A stretch of DNA of 64,000 nucleotides from Balanoglossus misakiensis (lineage: Eukaryota > Animalia > Hemichordata). The notes below the pieces were generated by a model that was not told where the DNA came from, did not search any database, and saw nothing but the letters and a program-made list of their open reading frames with translations. A program made the translations under genes and the position numbers. The stretch covers positions 11,962,415 through 12,026,414 of the forward strand of contig CM082582.2 of the NCBI GenBank assembly GCA_040954595.2, read 5' to 3'. Numbering within the stretch: position 1 is the first letter of the stretch; each line of letters starts with the position of its first letter. Positions 1 through 13,670 of the stretch are shown one piece after another.

Positions 1-286
1 ACCAGGTCTTTCCTCAGCACAATCAGTGGCAGTCAAGGTATTTACTGATTTGTTTTTTCTCTGATTTCAATCTTTTTGTTAAGGACAGTTGTTTGCATGG
101 TAGTGCATCAGGTAGGGTTGCTTGCTGTAATAATGTGTCACCAAGATATCGTGCAAAGCAACTTACCTGGTTCAAGTATAAAAAAACTAATTACTTTTTA
201 ATGGCTGCGAAATATAAAAACAAACTTTCATTTATCTGTCTGTAATGCATTTGACAGATCAAACAATTGTATTACTTTATCTTCAG

Positions 287-1062
287 AAAACTTTGGTCAC
301 AGGAGTTCGCGTCCTGATATTGAACTAGCAAGCAATGCATCTGTAAGTGTGACAACACATACGGGACCTATTTATATCAATCCAATATTTGAGGCACCTC
401 CCTCCTATGAGCAAATAATGGGGCCAGTTCATGGAGAGGAAGTGCGTGAGAGATGCTACTCTATAGATCCTCCACCGTACACTGAAGACGAGCTGCCTGT
501 CATGGCGCCGCTGTATGGGTCTGGTGGTGGTGTGGGGAGTGATCTGCTGTGTGAGAATATGCATGTGCAGGAGTTTGTGGACTCTGTGTCTGGGAGGCAG
601 TGTTACCAGATTGGGGTGGAGAGGGAGGAGGAGGAAGAGATGGAGGAGGAGGAGGAGGAGGGACACGGTGGAACGGACACTGAGGGCAGCCTGCAGGCAG
701 TCTTGCCACTCGCAAGCCTCCACCAATCATACGCCAGAACTGCCCATGACAGTGACAATGCGGTAATCATTGACCCGACTGGTGTTGAGCCAGCGATCGA
801 CCAAAGTGATGCGGAAAATAACAACCTTACTGCCATGGCGACAGACAAGGGGCTGGTTGATGATGAGAAGGATGATGCACATGGTGATGATGACAGTGAT
901 AAAGACAATAATTCGTGCATATTTGAGTCGTCAGCTTTGGTATCATTTTATGCAAAAGATGAGACAGAAGATATGGAGGACATAGAGGTGGATCCTGGGA
1001 CAGATGATTGTCAGCCTCCTTCACCTATTTATCATGCATCGGATATTGTTTATCACATCTAA
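287..1062 (+). CDS. Terminal coding exon of a gene starting upstream of the window; acidic, low-complexity tail with PPxY motifs, protein not identified
   Basis: Acceptor tatcttcag at 286; frame open to TAA at 1062 (ORF track 349-1062); EAPPSYEQ, DPPPYTED, poly-Glu and Asp-rich tracts; possible small upstream exons near 1-37 and 84-111; long AT-rich 3' region with AATAAA at 3563. Confidence 0.6.
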
Positions 1063-3885
1063 TTACAGAGATTTTTTTATTTGTGTTTAGGGGATTTATA
1101 AATTCCCTTTTTCAAAGCAATGAAGCCATGATAGGTATTGATTCTGCCATTTACAGCAATATGTGTCTAGTCCGTACATTTATTGAAGAGTGTAACCGTG
1201 AAGTCATCTTTTTCCAAATCAAAACGAAACAAGTCTGTGTGAGACTACATTCATTCAATTCAGGAAAATAAAATCCTTCATTAAGGGTTCTACATTGCCA
1301 CATAATTCAAACATTGCTGCCATCACATTTGACGATTGTGATCCCCATACTTGTCTTTAGCAGAGGCTTGCTTTAGAGACTACACATTCTTCAGTGTGCT
1401 GACAAAACATAGGAAGATGATTTGCAGATGTCAGACATAGCTGTAGTCTTGTAGTCTTACGTAGGCGTTTCAAGACAAAGAATATGTACGAATATCTTTG
1501 TCATTTTACACCGGGAACCAAAGCATTAATTATCATAATTTATAAAAATTTGATTTTTTCTTGCCATTTTATAAATTGATATAGATTTTATATGTTATTT
1601 CAGTGTTTAGATCTAAAGGATACCTAGTATAAAATTTTATCTTGTTAGCATCAGATTACATCCTCTTTGAACGTACGCAGTACAATTTTCACAATTCAAA
1701 GTGATGGATTTTATCAATTCACAAAATTTCTATTCCAGTTTTGAAGGCATATTATTGTTGATCTAATACCTAAGTGATGTACTCAGTATGTATGGCTATT
1801 TATTCCTGTAAAATATGCAAATTTTCACAGGAAATGTGAATGAAAAGCAGGTTGTCCAATCATGACAGGAAGACGATTACTTTATAATTTATGGAATTGT
1901 ATATATTTTGTACCAAATCAGGGGCATATCAGTACTAAAAAATTTTTTCCACCATATTGTGCAATGGTTAATCTCAAATCAAAGAATTGTCTCTACTCTG
2001 TTCAAATCAATCTAAATATTTAGCTTGTAGGAAACTTTCTGTGGTGTCTTGTAGTGTTTGAAGGTTTAATGTTCTGTTTAGTGGTTCCCAGTTTATATAG
2101 AGTGACTGAATGATTCTGAAAGACATCACAGGTATAACTAGACAGATTGTAAACAACATGATCTCCTCACTATTGTCAGATAAATGTGAAAGTCAAATAT
2201 TGATTTTTTATTTGCTGCACAGTTCTGTACTCAAACATTCTTTCTGGGTGAAAGGTCACACATTTTGAAGAATATTTTTCCTGCAATGGAACATAGGAGT
2301 TCAAACCCATGTTTATGGCTGAACAGTTGAACTAAACTTCAGAAATCAAAACTTGCTGTGGCTGAACAACACAAGAGAGCTCTCAAGACTAACTTTTCCT
2401 CTGGCTGAAAACTGTTTATCTGAATTTTCGAATTGAAATTTCTCTCTAAGTGGAGTTTATTTGTTAGGCTGAGTTCCATTGTAAACACACTTAGTCTAGT
2501 ATTCACATGGCTGAACGCTCTTTCTTCTACAAATTGCCAAAACTCACAGATGTCTCCCTTCTCTGGAATTGAGAAGTATACCCTGTGGCTCAGAGCCAAT
2601 TCTTTGGATTTCTAATGGCTGAATGAAAATAGACTACATGTAACTCAGGGCCAAATATCCTGAAAAAAATAATTTAAAAATATTTTCAACTCTTTTCACG
2701 CCTATTTTCAATCATCAGTATTATGAAATAAATTATTTGTTATGGAAGTTAATATTATAGTTTCACGCCCGTAGAATATTGACAGCCCTTTTTCAAATTC
2801 AGACTATCATTCAGTTGGAGATGATTAATTTCTAAACAGTTATATTTCCTTTGTAGTACGTCATTCAACAAATAGCGTAGACTTTGAATTTTTGTGTATA
2901 GTACTACTTTAAGTGGATTTGAAAATCAGTCTTTGAGAAGACTGAAATCAGTTAATATAGAAATACAAGTACCCACTGTTTCATTTTGCAAAGTGTGAAA
3001 TTCACATATTCACACAGAACTATGGTCTTGCAGACCTAGCCAGTTATCATTTAGTACTTCTGATAGTAAATGTACCTCAATTCGTGATCAGTACCTCTCA
3101 AAAACCAGTGCTTTCTATACTGTGGTTATTTTCTGATATACACATGCATGCACCAAACGATATCTCCATCAACATTCTCTGTTTAAAAACTATTTATTGC
3201 AAAATTTAAAAATGAAGGAAAGCTCTGCCAAAACAATGCAATCATGAAGTGTAATGTAAATCAAGACACCAAGTCCAGATTCTTCTTCTATTTATGAAGA
3301 GTAAAATCGACAATCAAGGGCAAGAAAATTACACTAGGAGTAGTCTAATTAGTCCAGTGTATGTACAAGCATAACCAACTCAAGTTAATAGAGATTTTGT
3401 CAAATGCAGAAAATTTAAATTTAAAATCATGTGTATTTTTGTAAATTAAGATGTAATGAATGATTTATATTTCAAAAGAAAAGATGATTTGTATATTATA
3501 TTTTGATTGTATTGTACATAATTGTTGCAGTTTATTGCAAGGAGGAAAATTGATGGATACAAAATAAAAAGTATGGTTTATATGACTTTATTGACCTTGT
3601 GTGTACAAACATTACATTCAATCCAAAAATTCTGCATATCTGTGGTATCACTTCCTTCCATATTTCATGTGCACCTTAGACTGTAGTTTTGTCCTTGCTT
3701 TTCACCAAATTTGTTGTCTTTTCCCGATCTCTGACGCACTAGACTATGGTCGCCGCCATCTTGTCTGTTGTCAGGACATCATGCACACTGCCTTTCATAT
3801 ACCGAGTACTATGGTAAGCCTTCATGTACTTGATTTTTTTCTTCCTACTAGAATTTTCTCATGATGTTTTTCTCTGCTGTAATCA

Positions 3886-4493
3886 CATTCAGCAAATCCA
3901 TTCCCCACACGTTCGTCTGTGGGATCACTCCATAAAGCCATGTATTTTTTTAAAAATAGTACTTGAAATTAAAAAAAAACTGAGTCATCTCAGGATGACC
4001 ATTTGTATATATAGATACTGTCCTATCAGTGATCGGAGTACTTCCAGCTGTGGCACCAGTTTCCAGTGCGCTTTGGGCAGTAATAATAAGTTCCCTGCCA
4101 TCTCAGTGTTCTCCTACATTGCCATGGTAACAGTTTCTTGTGCCTCCGGCACAGCCTAGTCCTGGATGTACATGATGATGGCTATCGGTTGTCCAATGAT
4201 GACGGATAGCCATTTGCGCATTCAGCAAATCCATTCCCCACATATTCTGTGGGAGCAGTCCATATACATCCATGTATTTTTTTTTAAATAGTATTGAAGT
4301 TCAAAAAAACTTAGTCATCTTAGGATGACTGTTACTGTCCTATCAGTGTTCAGAGTACTGCCAACTGTGGCACCAGCCACTGGCAGTATTCTCCTATGTT
4401 GCCAAGGCAACAGTTTCCTGTGCCTCCTGCACAGCGTAGTCGTGGACGTACATGATAATGGCAATCGGTTGTCCAATGATGACAGACAGCCAT
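3886..4493. repeat. Two-unit diverged tandem duplication (about 3886-4213 and 4219-4493) containing the 3' end of the DGAT1 copy A last exon and adjacent UTR
   Basis: Both units begin cattcagcaaatccattccccaca and share actgtcctatcagtg, ctgtggcaccag and atcggttgtccaatgatgac in the same order. Confidence 0.9.
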
Positions 4494-7400
4494 ACCCACA
4501 TGTTACTGCAGGCGGGGGAATACTTCATAATGTATGGGCAAACCAAAGCCAGAGGTACCTTCAAAGAAAATAATAAATAATTATAATGCACTGAATAGTA
4601 TATCTAGTATTCACAGTGGCCTTACAAGCAGTATGTCTCTTGTTTGATGGAAAGTTCAGTTACTATACCTGCGCCATCATGCCAGCAAACGCCCAGAAAT
4701 TCCACATGTGCAAAGGTACACTCACAAGGTACTGTGTGCATGGAAAGAGAAAGAAATCATGTCTGTCAATTTTGATCTTGATATAACTATATCCTTGGGC
4801 AAGCACGATGCATGACTGTTTTAAAGCTTGGTAGAGGACTGATCATTTTGATACAACTTTCCTGATACTATACAGATGCTGTCTCTCCTCAAATTGCATT
4901 GTCCCAGCAGAATCACACAGCAAGTGTAGTCTCTCACTATCAGGTGCTAAGTGTATTACCTGAATATATGTGTGCATATCCCCTAAACTTACAGAAAGCG
5001 CCCTCAAGGAACAACAATACCAAGCAGATCCAGTGAAACGTGTTCACTTCATCCACCTACCTCGTGGAAAAATGCTGATACAGCGAAAACGACAACTCTC
5101 CCAGTCATTTTACTATATCCACGGATCATCAATGGTTTATATATATGCCTGCAATGAAAGCACAGAAACAATTAGCAACATTATAAACTTGCTTTTCCAT
5201 GGCAATAATTTTTTTTTATCTGAGTTATCTATTTGCATTCACTGAAGTATACAGAATAACATACTGGGAGGGAAACCCAAACTACCAATACGCTCACCTG
5301 ACACACCATTTGTGAACTGGGATATTCCAATTCTGCCAGAAAATTTCAATACTGTCAGCGTTCCTGCAGCAATGAAAAATGATACATTTTGTATGATTAG
5401 GTGACATGAATTATGTAGCTCAACAGAAATAGATTTGGGGAACCAGGGAACTTTATAATACTTACCACCAATCTTTGTAGAATTGTCGATCTCCAAATCG
5501 CAGGATCTCTGCGAGCACATTCAGAAAAGTATGAAAATAGCAGTAGAAGAATAGCAACCAGATGATATTGTTGGGAACCTGAAGTGATAGAAATGATAGA
5601 ATAATACAATCAGTAAACATACCAACCATCATGTTAAATTTAGAAAAAGAGATCATATTTTTTTGGGGGGGGGGAATATTACTTACAGCCAACTTAATAA
5701 TGTCTTCTGCACATTTTATCAAATCCAATTTCTGAAAGTAAAATGAAAACACATCAAATTTGGACTTGGACTTGAGAAATATTTACAAGCATCAATGTTT
5801 TAATGTATTCCTCGTAAACGGTTTTCTGATTCATGTCAGGGTGCGGGCTATTTTTGGCTTTAAGGTTCAAACACTGGTTTGATATAAAAGCATATCCGCT
5901 ACTGAACTTGGTGAACACTAACTTACCAGATTGGGGTCCACATAATCAGCAACAGCTGGTACAATCCACTGGAAAGGAAAAATAATGTCATCAATGATAA
6001 TGGCCATACAATTAAAAAGTGTTGTGGTAGTGTATCGCCATGTAATTATGGGGAATGTTGGTCAAATTTCCAAAAAAAAAGTGAAATATCCAAACTATAA
6101 ATATTAATAGTGTGGCCATACCTGTTGAATCAATCCAAAGATGACTCCACCTAGGAGAATCTAAAGAAGAAAACATATTTGATGTTAGCTGTGAAAGTAA
6201 GATGTCTGCTAAGATAGGGGAGCGATGATTCGTTCAATTTCTCACCAATTCAGTGCAACTCCGCATCAAGAATTTCTTGTTGATTCGTTCAGTCCGTGGG
6301 AAGTTCAGTTCGTAGCACAGTGTTGGTGCAAACAGGAAGTAGTAGAGGTCTGTAAAACACAGGAGAGAGAAAAAAACTTAGTAAGTACACCCACCTGTTG
6401 ATTGCAAAGCAAAGTTATGCTTTGCGGTGTTGAAAAAAGTGCAAATTAAATTAACATGGCATGTTTGATAATATCAATCTGTAGGGTCTTACCAAATAAG
6501 GTCAAGTTGTCAGGATATTGGACAAAACTGCCCTTGCCTTTGGTACCAATCCAGCCATTGGTAGAGGCATCACCTCCTGGTAATGCAAAAAGCAAATCAA
6601 ACCCAATTGGCTTTAGAAAATGTCAGTCAAAGAAGTGACCATAATCTAGGCCTGAATCTATGTTTTTTTCTTCAATGGGAAACTCAAAATAAAAGTGTGT
6701 ACCACAGGTATTAGCTGCCACTATGTTACATGGACCTACCCTCAGAAGTGTTTCTTGGTCTGAACTTTTGTCCCTTTATTTGATTGCGGGACCAACTGTT
6801 AACCATTGCATAGGAAATCAGCTTCAGGAAAAGAATCGTGTACACGGCAAGTGCAACCATTGATCCAGCTGCAAGAAATTGGAAGAGAACATGTCAGAAC
6901 ATACATTAAAAATACCTTGTATATTTTTAACCAGGAACTTCAGAATGTTTTACCATAGGTGAATACAGACATATGTGGATTTTTAATGTGGACACTATTC
7001 ATTCATTCATTCATTCATTCATTCATTCATTCATTCATTCATTCATTCATTCATTCATTCATTCATTCATTCATTCATTCATTCATTCATTCATTCATTC
7101 ATTCATTCATTCATTCATTCATTCATTCATTCATCCATTCATTCATTCAAATCACCCACTCACTATCACTCACTCACTCACTCAGTGATATGCCAAAATT
7201 ACGATGGGAAACATACTGTCTGAAGTGAAAATTCTGATCTTACTTGTGTTAGGCTTGACTTTATAGACAACCAGCACGGGAAACACAACAATTGCAACTG
7301 CATTGATGGTTTGCAGCAAGACACCTGCTCCCTCAGACACTTTGCTCTGAAAGAAAACGTGAACTTGTGTCATGTGACTGCAAATTTTCTGAAGTATAAA

Positions 7401-8789
7401 GAGCTGAGTTGATGCAGCATACGTCAAGCATTTTCCTCGGCAGATTTTATGCTGATTTCTGGAAATATGTCGCAACTATCAGTGAACAAAATTTTGGTCC
7501 AAAATCTTTGGACTTGCCATGACTTTTAGTGGCAAATTACTTCGCAACTTTTTTCTGCTTTTTCACTGAACTTACCCTTGATAGCAAGATTTCGATGATA
7601 AAGGCAGCCAATACAAAGATGTTTGATACTGCAATAAGATATTTAAAAAATGTTTATTTTTATGATTCATAATTATGAAAAATAGGTCTGACAATATCTT
7701 GAGCTATCTCGACTTGTAAGAATACTTGTGGCATATTAAATAATTATATAAGTATGACCAGAAAATATTATCTACAGCACCAAAACTGTGTGATTTACTT
7801 ACACAGCACAAGGAGTGACAAGTTCTGTACATCATTGGCTCCAAACACAAACAGGATTTTCACTGAATCAACCAGGATGCCATACCTGAAAATGCGTCCG
7901 TTAAAAAAAATTATGAGTATTTCAACAACCGACAGACACTTGCATGAAACACATGTAACATACTTAATATTCATGGAAATAATGAATTGCATGTATCTAT
8001 TAAATTAAGAAGACTTACTCGCTAAGATTCTCCCAGAAGAATCTTACATTAACCAGAATCTGAAAAAGAAAAAAGAATGGGTTTACTGTAAGGTAATTTC
8101 GACTACAAAAATAATTTCTGATCGCCGGACAAGGACAGAAGTTTGGTCGGCATTCCGATTGGCCGAAGATGACCATTTCCACCAAGCCACTGGATTACGC
8201 AAATCGGCTCTTTTGATTTATTATATGTACGTCTCTGTTGATGGTTGCATGTACTTTATTAATCAACAAGAATGAGTTGAAAAGACTCAAATATTGAGGC
8301 CACTCACCAAGAGAACAATGCACAGGTTGCGGATGCCACCACAGTTGGTCAAACCATCAAATGAACTCAGGAGAGATTCTTGACGCATGTGACAACTGAA
8401 ATCGATATGATTTTCAAAAATGCATTCATGAATAAGTTAATAACGCATTCATAGTAAATGTTCGATGTTAAATTCAAACCATCCAATTCACACCGGTTCA
8501 CACTGAGTAAAACTAGAAAAGTTTCAGAGACACTTTTGCCATTTGTAAACACAGAGGATTAAACCTTTACACTGGCCCAGGTCTGGTTTCAAATGCATGT
8601 GTGTGAACCCCAAATACGCGAGTGGAAAGTCACATTCTAGTTGTTATATATAAAAAACACTTACGGTTTCAGATTATCGATATGAGTAGTATCCACAACA
8701 GCCGGGGTGGAGCGCACAGTACGTAATTGTGCTTCACTGTTGGCCCTCAGGCGCCGGCTGCGTCGAACGCCCGTAGTCCAATCGGACAT
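4394..8789 (-). CDS. DGAT1: Diacylglycerol O-acyltransferase 1, divergent paralog (copy A), 17 exons, frame intact
   Basis: Hand-spliced GT-AG exons: [10 protein letters not shown] (8665-8789), [98 protein letters not shown]. The MBOAT catalytic Asn and His are present. Confidence 0.95.
6997..7184. repeat. (ATTC)n microsatellite, about 38 units, followed by a short (ACTC)n tract, in a DGAT1 copy A intron
   Basis: Directly visible at 6997-7148 with one ATCC variant; ACTC repeats continue to about 7184. Confidence 0.98.
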
Positions 8790-9733
8790 GATAAACTTTT
8801 TTTAAACAACTTAGAAGATTTGGGAAGATTTCGGTAGAGATGACAGCACGCTGTTGCCTCGCCGAAAATTCGCAAACAAGTGATGATGTTTCTGACAATC
8901 CGAACATTGCCGTGGTGATCGAACAGTGACCAGGTGTACAGCCAATGACGTCCTGAGTCACAGCATTGCCATGGAAATCGAACTTCGATTGTCGACAATT
9001 CCATCCGCGATGAGAGAGCGCGCATCGATGTCGCGTACGCGTTGGCAACTCTTAGTAAATCTTGCAGCATCTCTGTCTCTTTCATCATACCTGGTTTCAC
9101 GAATTTACCCTTTCGGAAAAAATGACTGAACCGAAAATTTAAAGCTGACGGATATTAAAAAAGTATGAACCCTAAATCCCAAACGCTCCTTCATAGTATT
9201 TACTGGAACTTTCCGGGTCGATATAAAACCTCACAATAACCAGACAACCTTGTAAAGTTGCATGAAGAAGTATGCGTTGCCTTTTGTGTTAACTTAAAAT
9301 TACGAAATGCTGTACATGATAACTTGTATTCTTTTTGGTTAATGTGTACGCTTTATAGGCATTCATTTTGTACATATCTACATGTGCATTCAACTTCAAA
9401 AGTGATGAAACAATAAAACTATTTCAAAGTTTTCTCTTTAGTTGTTCATACGGTCAGTAGTTCCTCCTAGTATTTTTTTTTTTGTCATTTGGGTGCATAA
9501 TTGTTGACTGACCAGGGACTCCCACAACCGGACCGCAGATTCTTTATCACGATAGAGCGCCACCATCGATGAGTGACGTTTTATATTTGAATGACCTTCA
9601 TGTAAGGTCAATCAGAGAAGGCGGAAATTTCCCCACCTCGCTTTCGAATACAATGCCGTGAAAAGACGCATCGTCGTTCGTGTGTCATCACTCGCACCGT
9701 GGAAGTTCCCCAGAACACAACAGTCAACTCAGT

Positions 9734-12700
9734 ATGGCTACAAGTGATCTACAGAATGTACTGACTTCAACGATCGACAAGGCTGAAAGCGAACTTTATC
9801 AGATCAGCTACGAGATCTGGAAAAAGCCGGAAGCCGAATTCGAAGAGAAACATGCCCACGATCTGGTGACAGAGTTTCTCACCAAGCATGGGTTCAACGT
9901 GGAGAAGAATTTAGTCTTGCCGACCGGCTTTCGTGCGGTGTATGGCAGTGGTTCTGGCCTGAATGTGGGTGTTCTGTGCGAATACGATGCCTTGCCAGAG
10001 ATCGGACATGGCTCAGGCAGAAATCTTGTCACAGAGTGTTCGCTGGCTGTTGCGTTAGCGTTGAAATCTACAATCGATCTGGGCGTGAAATGCAACAAAC
10101 AGCTGGGAAAGGTACGTGCTTCATTGCCTTGCGTGTTAGTATACTTTTACTAGTAGTGTATGTATGCATTATACGGAGGCGGCGAATTCCGATAGTGGTC
10201 GGACAGTTACTTTTGCCTGAAGAGCGTGGAAATCTCATTATAATCCAACCTTTGTAAATAATTATTATTATAGTAGTGTACCCGAGGCTGTGGTCGACCT
10301 TTCATAGTGGTAAGCTCTGAATCGATCCACCTTGACATTTATCGGACAAGGCCAAGGTTAGGCTAGGGTTCATGCTGTGTTTTTGTTACCCAACCCAAGC
10401 GGTTGTAATATGGAGATATTAGAAAGAAAAATCAGTAAACCATATATGCAGTTGCAAGAGTCGTGTGTATTAATCTTGAGTAGCCTGAAATAGTACACTG
10501 AAATGTTACAGGTACATGTAAATTTGTGTAGCTGCATTAATTAGCATATCACTATAAATATATTCTGAGGATCACATGAATGATAAAACTGTATAAGGCT
10601 GTGTATGATACAAGTAATATACTGTAGATATAATTTTAAACCAGTTGATTTGATTTTTAGTGGGTCAGCCCTGGGCTAACCAAAAGCTAGTCTGGGGTAG
10701 CCCATTTGGCACATCATTGTGTCACCTTATTTGCATACAATTACATACAGTTTTACACAATGCTTTGTGTACAGGGTATATTAACAATAATGGTAATTGG
10801 CTATTACTGGGCCAGCCCATTGTTAGTCTCAAGAACAGATATTGGGATATTGTCATCAATTTGATGTGTGATTTTGATTGTCAGGTGACAGTGATTGGTA
10901 GTCCAGCTGAAGAGAGTGGCGGTGGTAAGGTCGACATGTTATCAGCTGGCGTCTTCAGCGACGTGGACATCACGCTTCGAGCCCAGCCACACCATCACAA
11001 TTTGGCCAAGCCCTTCACCTTGGATATGCTGCAAGTGAAGGTGGTCTACAGTGGCAAACCTCCTCACGGAGCGTTGCCATGGGAGGGAAGAAACGCCCTA
11101 GATGCGGCCGTCCTCTGTTACAACAACATTGCAGCTTTACGCCAACAAACCAAACCTACCATGCAGATCACTGGTAAGTGGCCACCTCACCTTACACATT
11201 GTGTCCAATATTGGAGAGAAAACTCCAGATCAAGGTGTAATTTTGTGAGCACTCTCTGAGAACAATTTCTGTTCAGTTTGAAGAATTTACACACTCTTGC
11301 GTCAAGTCAGTCCTAATGGCCAACATCCATCACTGCAAAGCAGACCCCTTGGGAATTGTAATGTGTTTTCTCGAATGGAGAGAAAAAAACAACTGTTGGT
11401 GGTGTGACAATAATATTATGATATATGGGAATGTAGCAGTGTGCCTCCCAGTGGAGAGAGTGAATAGATTGCCTGGGTTAATGTAACACTACAGAATCTC
11501 CATCATTTGAAAAGTGACAGCAGTATACAACAGGGAAAAGTGTACACCTTGTTCGAAAGGGAGAACGACCCCTTCTTATTGAGGCTCTGGAGAAAATTGC
11601 ACCAAATTCTGAAGTAGTTTAAATAAAAATAGCACCCGTTTTTTAACAGGTATCTATTCTTGTTGAGGAAGTAAACTGACCATCTGAAATAATCGACTGG
11701 TTTGTTAGATTTAATAGCAATGACTTCTTTGATGGGTGCCGCTTTAATCTCGCAAGTGTCCTTCAAATATCTGATGATTGCATTTTGCTTTGAGGCTGAT
11801 CGTGAGTGAGGTCAATAGAGTGAAGACAGTGAAATTAATCTTTCTCGGCATCGAGCCTATGACGTCTCAAGTGATATACAGGTGTCTACTCTCAGGGCAA
11901 ATTGATGTCATAAAAATTCAATGAGCGTAGATACACAGAATTGATGGAACTGAGATACATCGTCATTGTCATGAGATGAATGTGAAAAGAAATATCGTTT
12001 CGAGCTGTAAGTTGCCTCTGATAAAAAAAAAGAAGTTTCCTGTGTGAAGTCGAGCAGTTGCCAGCTTTGAGATTGATACATGACCAGTTGAAGTCTCTTA
12101 TAATAATGATTTTGAGTTTTTACTATCCGTGTGCTACTTTCACTAATGTGAGTGATGAAAGAAAAATGGATATCGGATAAAGCTTTATATTTGACACCAT
12201 TTTGCATTGTCAATTTTGGAAGTAAACAATATCTTGCACGTAATTGCCAATAAAGCGTCTGTCATTTTGCCTACACACCATTAATGTATAAATTGTGATG
12301 TTGAAACTATCTTCATTGAAAAATCCATTTCATGTTGCCTGTTGCAGCATTTAGCTGTCTTCAATAGAAACGACCATGTCAGCAAAAGAGCAAAAGATGT
12401 GTTGCCATGGTAACAGTCTTCATATGGCCAAGTCAGTTATCTAGTGAATCTTGTTATGTGTGTGCTACAATCTAATTACTATTTTGGTCAGTATTTAATT
12501 ATCTTACCCCTTTATACCCAAAATAACACATTGAATAGCACACTTTAAAATCCTATATTTTAATTATGCTTTTGGGAATTTTTGGAAATCACATGAAATG
12601 CCGAGCAAATGTGTCAAGGGAATATTAAAAGTCACTTAATTGATCACAACAATGGGGAGCAATCGTGATGAAATGCGTTTGATATTTAAAAGGTGTTTTC

Positions 12701-13670
12701 AGCCAAGCTACTCAGTATTACTCACGTACTCAAATTTACATACTAATAACATAGTGTTTATTCAAGGAAATTATTTACTGATTATTTGTCCTCAGAAAAT
12801 GTGTTTGTATTCATGAGAAGAAATAATTACTATGGAAATTTTTCGTCTGATTAACATACATGTATTGGATAATTTCTTTCTGATACAAGGTGTAAATTTA
12901 GAGCTGGGTGACTTTTCATATGCGTCTCAACTGGCAGAGGGCACTTTACTCATGTCTCTACACTTCATTACAATTTGTGTGCATATTAATCATTGGCTTC
13001 ATCAATTCTCTTCTGATTTTTGTTATAAGTGTGTCTTTTTCCTCTCTTTTAAGGGATAATCAGCAATGGTGGTTTGAAGCCAAGTATGTTACCAGAAGAG
13101 ACGGAGATGGAGTTTTATTTGAGGGCAGCCAGTGCCAGAGACTTGCATTTACTTCAGCAGAGAGTAGCCGCTTGCATCGTTGCTGCAGGCAAGGCGTCTG
13201 GCTGCGAGGCACAGTTTGAATTCATCGGAAAGCCGTACTTGAGTGCCATCCATAACGACACTCTGGCCGAACTCTACCAGAAGCACGCTGAAATGCTCGG
13301 AATGAGTTTCACAACGGATATGGAGACAGTGCTGACACCCACCGGGTCGTCTGATATGGGCAATCTGTCACACAAAGTGCCCAGCATCCAGCCGAACTTC
13401 AGTATAGACAACTCGGCCGTCGTCAAGACATCGGCGTTTACCCAAGCGGCGAGCACCGAGGCCGCCCACAGGTGTACGCTCGTTGTTGCTAAGGCGCTCG
13501 CCATGGCCATCATGGAAGTCTTAGAGCAACCAGAACTGATTGACACCATCACTGCGGAGCTCGAGGAAGCAAACATCCCACGCACACCCACCAGTTCACG
13601 GTGTCCAAGCAGCAGTTCAAGCTCAAATTTAATCGTTCCGGCCAATGGAATAGAACCCATGCTATCTTAG
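9734..13670 (+). CDS. PM20D2: Peptidase M20D family protein (PM20D2/ACY1L2-like), 3 exons, 427 aa, with a degenerate metal site
   Basis: Exons 9734-10111, 10885-11173 and 13054-13670 join in frame. Family motifs EYDALPEIGH, GSPAEESGGGK, PWEGRNALDAAV, GSSDMGNLS. Orthology versus paralogy to PM20D2 is not resolved. Confidence 0.85.

Noticed and set aside
325-1024. Several overlapping ORFs on both strands
   Set aside because: Shadow frames of the GAG/GAT-rich exon at 287-1062.
2316-2650. CRISPR-like repeat-spacer pattern
   Set aside because: The repeat is only about 7 nt, spacing is irregular, the context is eukaryotic and there are no cas genes.
6959-7228. ORFs encoding (FIHS)n
   Set aside because: Translation of the intronic ATTC microsatellite.
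4394-8789. DGAT1 copy A as a pseudogene
   Set aside because: All 17 exons splice in frame without stops, and the catalytic motifs are intact.
8734-9129. ORFs of 67-117 aa upstream of DGAT1A
   Set aside because: GC-rich promoter and 5' UTR sequence with no recognisable protein; the true first exon is in another frame.
11174-13053. Possible transposon in the 1.9-kb PM20D2 intron
   Set aside because: No terminal repeats, target-site duplication or transposase/RT motifs seen by eye; a repeat-library search would be needed.
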